A model generated the notes under the pieces. It was not told the DNA's origin, did not search any database, and saw nothing but the letters and a program-made list of their open reading frames with translations. This document shows, piece after piece, positions 26,993 through 32,000 of a stretch of 32,000 nucleotides of DNA. The DNA is from Promethearchaeum syntrophicum (GTDB lineage Archaea > Asgardarchaeota > Lokiarchaeia > Sigyniarchaeales > Promethearchaeaceae): contig NZ_CP042905.2 of the NCBI RefSeq assembly GCF_008000775.2, forward strand, positions 300,001 through 332,000, read 5' to 3'. The stretch's first letter is position 1; every line of letters begins with the position of its first letter. Made by a program: the position numbers and the translations under genes.

Positions 26993-27973
26993 CTAATCCT
27001 GTTCCCAATTTAAGGGATTTCTAAATTCTTCACCTAATTTTAAAATTTCATCATCATTTGGGGATTTCAAAGGCAAAATGGCATAAGAACCGCCATCATT
27101 TGGTAAATTCATTAATACAACAGTTTCATTTTTTTCATTTTGCATTAATTTTAGATTATCTGAAAAAGTAAAAAATGCTAATCCTCTTTTTTTAGTTGGG
27201 TCCCATAAACGATAAATTCCCGTTTCGTTTAGAACTTCTAATTTATTTACCGATAATTTACATGGAAATAAAATTTTTAGATTATTCTTACTTGGTAAAT
27301 TCATGAATTTTGTGTTAATTTTAATTAAAGGTTTTTCCCCTTTTTCTAGACTAATTAAAGTTGAAATTTGGATATTATCTTCAGATTTAATCTTTCGATC
27401 TAACTTCAAAGTTCCTCTAAAGTCGTTAGCTTCAATCAAAGAATAAGAAATTTCAAAATTTTGTTCTTTTTTCGGCTCTAATTCCACAATATGTAGATTA
27501 GAATAATTATAGAAGGAATCATCTGCCCAAATTGATCCACATCCCAATTCTTCTCCCATAATAGTTACTTTTTCTTCACATTTTCCCTGTTTCTCTTCTT
27601 CATTTTTTCTATCCATGACTGTAATTGTCCCATTCTCCTCAATTACAACTCGTATAACATCATTTTCGATATAATAATCGTTTCCATCTAATAATCCTAT
27701 TTCAGGAAGTTGAAATTCTGCCTTTGGATCTCTTTTTTTAATATAAAACATCTTTTTTCCTAAAGCTGGAACATCTTCAGCAACAAATCGAATTTTATAT
27801 AAATCTTCTTTTTCCAATTCAATTTGAGATGTTAATTCAAAATTTTTAGAATCATATATTTGTAAAGAATGGGTATTTAATGAATTTTTAAAGTGTGCAG
27901 AAATTAACTCCGTCCTAGGCCAATTACTGGGATTAGAAATTATTAATCGAATGAAATCTTTTTCAGTTGCCAT
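26993..27973 (-). CDS. stand-alone protein resembling the C-terminal beta-sandwich domain of GH38 alpha-mannosidases
   Basis: LIISNPSNWPRTELI, RFVAEDVPALGKKMFYIKK, IENDVIRVVIEENGTITVMDRKN and NLKILFPCKL follow the order and wording of the Glyco_hydro_38C region (vfNpLsw.r...; f.a.dvPalGy..y.i; leN..l+v.id.nG.i.s..dK; lLKv.FP). No catalytic N-terminal domain is present. Confidence 0.5.
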   Translation of the reverse strand: MATEKDFIRLIISNPSNWPRTELISAHFKNSLNTHSLQIYDSKNFELTSQIELEKEDLYKIRFVAEDVPALGKKMFYIKKRDPKAEFQLPEIGLLDGNDYYIENDVIRVVIEENGTITVMDRKNEEEKQGKCEEKVTIMGEELGCGSIWADDSFYNYSNLHIVELEPKKEQNFEISYSLIEANDFRGTLKLDRKIKSEDNIQISTLISLEKGEKPLIKINTKFMNLPSKNNLKILFPCKLSVNKLEVLNETGIYRLWDPTKKRGLAFFTFSDNLKLMQNEKNETVVLMNLPNDGGSYAILPLKSPNDDEILKLGEEFRNPLNWEQD

Positions 27974-28009
27974 GACATTTTTAATTTAATTTTTATTATT
28001 ATTTTTCTG

Positions 28010-29128
28010 GTGTTAATTTTGAAGAAATTGGCAGAATTTTGGGAATCTATTGGATCAATTGAAAACAAAAAAGTACGATGTAAGGTTTGTTCGCATTACT
28101 GTGTAATCCCCCCTGAAAAACGAGGATTCTGTAAAAGTCGTGAAAATATCAATGGAAAATTGTTTACACTAAATTATGGATCTTGCATCTCTCACGGTTC
28201 AACTGATCCCGTGGAAAAAAAACCACTATATCATTTTTATCCAGGAAGTAATGCTTTTTCAATTGCGACAGTTGGTTGCAGTTTCAGATGTAAACATTGC
28301 CAAAATTGGACTATTGGTCCCAGTGCTTATCCAGATAATGATGGACTTATTGCTAAAATCTTTGAAAAAGATGAAATTTATGCTCAACCATTTAAATTAA
28401 CTCAAATGACACCGGATGAAGTTGTAACTCGGGCAAAAAGAGCAAATTGCAAATCAATTGCATATACATATAATGAACCAACTATTTGGTTTGAATTTAT
28501 AAAAGATACAGCAATAAAAGCTAAAGAAAAAGACATTAAGAATATTTTAGTTACAAATGGGTACTCTTCAAAGGAAACTAATGAAGAATATATCAAATTT
28601 ATTGATGCAGCTAATATAGATTTTAAAGCTTTCAATGAATCCTTCTATAAAAAGATAGTTGGTGTTCCTTCAATGCAACCTGTTCTTGATACAGCGGAAT
28701 TTATGAAAACAAATGGTATTCACGTTGAAATTACAAATTTAATCATCCCAAAAGAAAATGATGACCTTAAAGAAATTAGATCAATGGTAAATTGGATTAT
28801 TAATCATTTAGGAGCAGACACACCTTTGCATTTCTCAGCATATCACCCATCTTATCGCTTAAAAAATCCAAGAACTTCCTCTAAAATATTGAAAGATGCA
28901 AGTATTTTAGCTAAAGAACTGGGGCTTCAATATGTTTTTATGGGAAATATATCATCTGATGAGGGCGGAAGTACTATTTGTCCTCAATGTAAATCTATTA
29001 TTATCGAAAGAAGAGGATATCATACTATAAATAGAAATTTAACCAATGAAAATAGTTGCGCTCAATGTGGATTAAAAATCCCCATTATCGGAAAATTTTC
29101 TCAAGAAAAAAGAAGCATCTTCTTCTAA
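28010..29128 (+). CDS. AmmeMemoRadiSam system radical SAM enzyme (PflA-like activase family)
   Basis: VRCKVCSHYCVIPPEKRGFCKSREN, DPVEKKPLYHFYPGS and GCSFRCKHCQNW (CX3CX2C) match the family. C-terminal CPQC...CAQC is also present. There is no ATG start. Candidates are GTG 28010 (track) or TTG 28019, which lies 6 nt after a GGTG. Confidence 0.85.
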   Translation: MLILKKLAEFWESIGSIENKKVRCKVCSHYCVIPPEKRGFCKSRENINGKLFTLNYGSCISHGSTDPVEKKPLYHFYPGSNAFSIATVGCSFRCKHCQNWTIGPSAYPDNDGLIAKIFEKDEIYAQPFKLTQMTPDEVVTRAKRANCKSIAYTYNEPTIWFEFIKDTAIKAKEKDIKNILVTNGYSSKETNEEYIKFIDAANIDFKAFNESFYKKIVGVPSMQPVLDTAEFMKTNGIHVEITNLIIPKENDDLKEIRSMVNWIINHLGADTPLHFSAYHPSYRLKNPRTSSKILKDASILAKELGLQYVFMGNISSDEGGSTICPQCKSIIIERRGYHTINRNLTNENSCAQCGLKIPIIGKFSQEKRSIFF

Positions 29129-29234
29129 TTTTTCATTTTCCTTTTTAAATTGTGAAATAATACGTTCTAAAAATTTTATAATTTATTCATTCTTGGAGAT
29201 TTTGATATAGCAAATATAAAGGTTTGATAAACGA

Positions 29235-31961
29235 ATGTATAGGAAAATGTTGCGTAAAACAATGATTTATGGTTTTATAGGAATTTTTCTTGGAATGTTA
29301 ATTATATTTCCTTCTTTTCAAAATATTCCTCAAATAAATCCCGACAATAATCAAATTATTGATCAAAATAATATTGAAAATAAAAATCCATTTAGCCAAG
29401 ATAATTATAATGTGTTAAATTCACCGTTTTTTGAAAATACAACCTCGATATCTGATTGGTTGAAAAATGAAATAATAGATAATTCAACAGTTCAAGATAA
29501 TCCTGATTTTCCTATGTATTTTTCTGAAACATCACAAGACGGAAATACTATTACTGATAACAACCATAATTTTGAAGATTTTGCAGTGTTTTTAGATGGT
29601 TTAGTTAATCTATTGGATTTGAATAAATATCAAATTTCCCAATATTTCAATACCTACAAAAATTCCGAGTTCTGGGATTCAAATGCTAGTTCGCAAGGGT
29701 ATTATACTTCAGTAAACAGTGATTGGAGTGAAAATTCCACTGTAAAGGAATTGAACGGTAATTCTCAGATAATATTAACTTTTATTGATTGGTTAATCTC
29801 TGATCAATCCAATATTGAAACCTATAATGTTGAAAGTTTTATTTCAAACCAATGGGATGTTCAAAACAATTTATTTCATGATTCATCATTATTACCCATT
29901 CAAATCTACAATCACTCAAGTATAGAAGATTCAAAATTTGCGCAAGATCAATTTATTGCTGCAATAGCAGGATTTCTAATTAATCGCGCGAATAATGGTG
30001 ATCTAGCAATTCGAGATGAGGGTTTTGATGATGCTAACGCAACAATGGCATATATGATAGAATCTCCATTTTTCTCTTTGGATGCATTCGAAGAAAGTCG
30101 CTCTTCCAATTTAGGTTCAAGTACCAATGAAAATAAATTCTTAGATACTAATGCTTACGCGATATGGGCACTCTCTGAATGGTATTTAGCATTAGGTGCT
30201 CCAGAAAAAGGAGATCAAAAATACGTAGACTCTATTGAAAATGCCGAGAAAGTATTCCATACAATAAATAATACCCTTTGGAATGAAACATATTCTCTTT
30301 TTATGAACGGAATGGACAATCTTAATGATAATCCTGATTTTACCATTTATCTTAAAGATAATTCAATCATGTTAATGGCTATGCAGAAACTGTTTGAAGT
30401 AACAGGAAATTTCACGTATTATAAAGTTTGCATGGATATGTTTAATGGAATTCAGAAACACTTTAAAGATCCTGTTTATGGAACATATTTTACTTCGATA
30501 GGTACAATAGAAACCAATAAAAATAAAAGTCTAAATACAATTTCCTATCTTTTTAGATCATTAAACTCTCTTTCATCTTTATCTGAAAGAATAAATTCTA
30601 ATATGACTACAAATGGCACAGAATTTATTAAAAAAGAAGTATTTTCTGTCAATATTACTGCGGAATATTTCTTTGACCTATATAATTATTACGACCAACC
30701 TTATTATGCTGATGCAGAAATAAATTATTCCGTTCCAATTGAACATGCAGATTTCTTCTTTAGTGTTCGTTTTCCAAATGAAACTCTGGCATATAATGGA
30801 TCATTACAAGGTGATATAAATGGAACTGCTATTATCGAATTTCCAATTTTAGATGAGTATCCATTAGGAGATTATCTTGTTGATATGTATGCAAATTACA
30901 CAGGAATTGTGACCAGTTTCAATCAGATTTCCTTTTCATTAGTACCTGGGTTTTACGTGCAAGAGTATACTCTTGATTCAGAGTCAATTCGCGCAGGAAG
31001 TTCAACTTCATTGAATTTAAGTGTAAATAATACCCGAATGGATAATTTGACTGTAAGTATTAACTTAAATGGCACAAATTTTGCTAATCAAACATTTGCG
31101 CAAGTTTTATTGAATGGTTCATTGAACTCTTTTACGTATGAATTTACTGCTTTATCTAATGCAAGTTTTGGAGCTACATCTCTATTTATCGAAATAAAAA
31201 ACGAGTCTTCTTTAAATTATATATTAGAAATCCCAATTGTTATACTGAGTTCTATTGAAATTCGGAGAATTGAGCAAGATGCTTATGTATTTCATGATTT
31301 TGATTTTAAAATTCTAGTTGAATTACTAAATGTTGTTGATATATCTCAAACAGTTGATATTTCGATTTCAGGAGAATATATAATAGATCTTGAAATATCT
31401 CAACTTTTATTATCACAAGAATCAGTAGTTGTTCAATTAAATACTCAAATTTCGTCTAATGCTCCATACGGTGATATTAATTATAGTTTAAATATTACTC
31501 GGGCTTCTGATGAAAATACAATATCTTATGAAGAATTTATTTCAACTGTAAAATTACCTTTGGATATTCTATTTTTGGATGTTCCTGAATATTCTTATCA
31601 CGGGAAAGAATCTCAAGCTAGTTGCTATATTATGAACAATTTAAAAACAACTCAAAATATAAGCATTTTTGTTGATAATGAAACCATAAAAAGCAATTTA
31701 ACTCTAATTCCGGGAGAAAATTTAGTAGATATTCCATTTGGTCAAAATTTCATGAATCCTTATAAATTTGGAAGTAACTACTATTTGATAGAAATTGTGG
31801 ATTCAAATGGTAATATGATTTATGAACAGTTAATAACCTCAGAATTAAAAGCCTCAGTTGGAAGCATTTTATTAGGCTACGCGTTACCTTTAATTATTCC
31901 TATTGCAGGAATTGTTATTGTACGACATATGGCTCTTGAAAATAAAAAACGTTTAAGTTAG
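29235..31961 (+). CDS. large secreted/surface protein: N-terminal signal-anchor, N-glycosylation-sequon-rich ectodomain, C-terminal TM anchor with a basic tail
   Basis: The N-terminus is MIYGFIGIFLGMLIIFP. The C-terminus is SILLGYALPLIIPIAGIVIV-RHMALENKKRLS. I hand-counted 31 N-x-S/T sequons. The middle third (FLDTNAYAIWALSEWYLALG, IMLMAMQKLFEVTGN) is reminiscent of alpha/alpha-toroid glycosidase/epimerase folds. The C-terminal half looks like repeated beta-sandwich modules. Confidence 0.75.
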   Translation: MYRKMLRKTMIYGFIGIFLGMLIIFPSFQNIPQINPDNNQIIDQNNIENKNPFSQDNYNVLNSPFFENTTSISDWLKNEIIDNSTVQDNPDFPMYFSETSQDGNTITDNNHNFEDFAVFLDGLVNLLDLNKYQISQYFNTYKNSEFWDSNASSQGYYTSVNSDWSENSTVKELNGNSQIILTFIDWLISDQSNIETYNVESFISNQWDVQNNLFHDSSLLPIQIYNHSSIEDSKFAQDQFIAAIAGFLINRANNGDLAIRDEGFDDANATMAYMIESPFFSLDAFEESRSSNLGSSTNENKFLDTNAYAIWALSEWYLALGAPEKGDQKYVDSIENAEKVFHTINNTLWNETYSLFMNGMDNLNDNPDFTIYLKDNSIMLMAMQKLFEVTGNFTYYKVCMDMFNGIQKHFKDPVYGTYFTSIGTIETNKNKSLNTISYLFRSLNSLSSLSERINSNMTTNGTEFIKKEVFSVNITAEYFFDLYNYYDQPYYADAEINYSVPIEHADFFFSVRFPNETLAYNGSLQGDINGTAIIEFPILDEYPLGDYLVDMYANYTGIVTSFNQISFSLVPGFYVQEYTLDSESIRAGSSTSLNLSVNNTRMDNLTVSINLNGTNFANQTFAQVLLNGSLNSFTYEFTALSNASFGATSLFIEIKNESSLNYILEIPIVILSSIEIRRIEQDAYVFHDFDFKILVELLNVVDISQTVDISISGEYIIDLEISQLLLSQESVVVQLNTQISSNAPYGDINYSLNITRASDENTISYEEFISTVKLPLDILFLDVPEYSYHGKESQASCYIMNNLKTTQNISIFVDNETIKSNLTLIPGENLVDIPFGQNFMNPYKFGSNYYLIEIVDSNGNMIYEQLITSELKASVGSILLGYALPLIIPIAGIVIVRHMALENKKRLS

Positions 31962-31970
31962 GTGAATTTA

Positions 31971-32000
31971 ATGAAAAAAATACGAAAAAATGAAATAATT
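31971..32000 (+). CDS. start of a further ORF (MKKIRKNEII...), truncated by the window edge
   Basis: ATG 6 nt downstream of GGTGA, which overlaps the TAG of the preceding gene. Only 10 codons are visible. Confidence 0.3.
   Translation, partial: MKKIRKNEII

Noticed and set aside
1-32000. Searched by eye for a CRISPR array, tRNA/rRNA genes, IS elements/transposases/integrases, and long direct or inverted repeats flanking the GC-rich island.
   Set aside because: I saw no regularly spaced repeats, no cloverleaf-compatible GC-rich segments with a T-loop (GTTCRAnnC) in the intergenic regions, no DDE/tyrosine-recombinase-like ORFs, and no matching flanks. Absence by eye is weak evidence and should be confirmed with tRNAscan-SE, Infernal and a repeat finder.

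Overview
This is a very AT-rich, gene-dense chromosomal segment that looks archaeal, possibly Asgard/Lokiarchaeia-like. That assignment is inference from a GINS subunit, GGTGA-type Shine-Dalgarno motifs, oligo-T terminators, a sequon-rich C-terminally anchored surface protein, and many LRR/HEAT/TPR/NYN 'eukaryote-flavoured' repeat proteins. I support about 29 protein genes. I found no rRNA, tRNA, CRISPR array, transposase or integrase.

Recognisable products:
- a CX3CX2C radical-SAM-like protein convergent with a TcmP-like partner
- a NYN nuclease-fold protein and an LRR protein
- an HSDL2-like SDR, an EFR1-type flavodoxin/ferredoxin fusion, a DUF4256 protein and a GPH/MFS symporter
- an alpha/beta hydrolase and a HAD-IIA phosphatase
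- a cytoplasmic molybdopterin oxidoreductase
- a BA-type GINS subunit
- a polytopic-membrane/HEAT-repeat fusion (1155 aa) and a TPR protein
- a stand-alone GH38 C-terminal-like domain
- an AmmeMemoRadiSam radical SAM enzyme
- a 908-aa surface glycoprotein candidate

Most notable observations:
1. Three in-frame TAA codons sit inside two otherwise intact genes. One preserves the 23-residue LRR phase. Two lie in a membrane protein whose conserved Cys4 'CKKIRDD...HGxCPxC' tail is downstream of both stops.
2. That tail module is one I know from bacterial signalling proteins.
3. A possible modification/defence-like neighbourhood lies at 3.1-6.6 kb.
4. A clearly GC-richer four-gene island of bacterial-looking metabolic genes lies at about 7.7-12.0 kb.
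5. Tandem paralogs at the left edge are preceded by a translationally coupled micro-ORF.

All family assignments come from motif recognition by eye. No database search was run.
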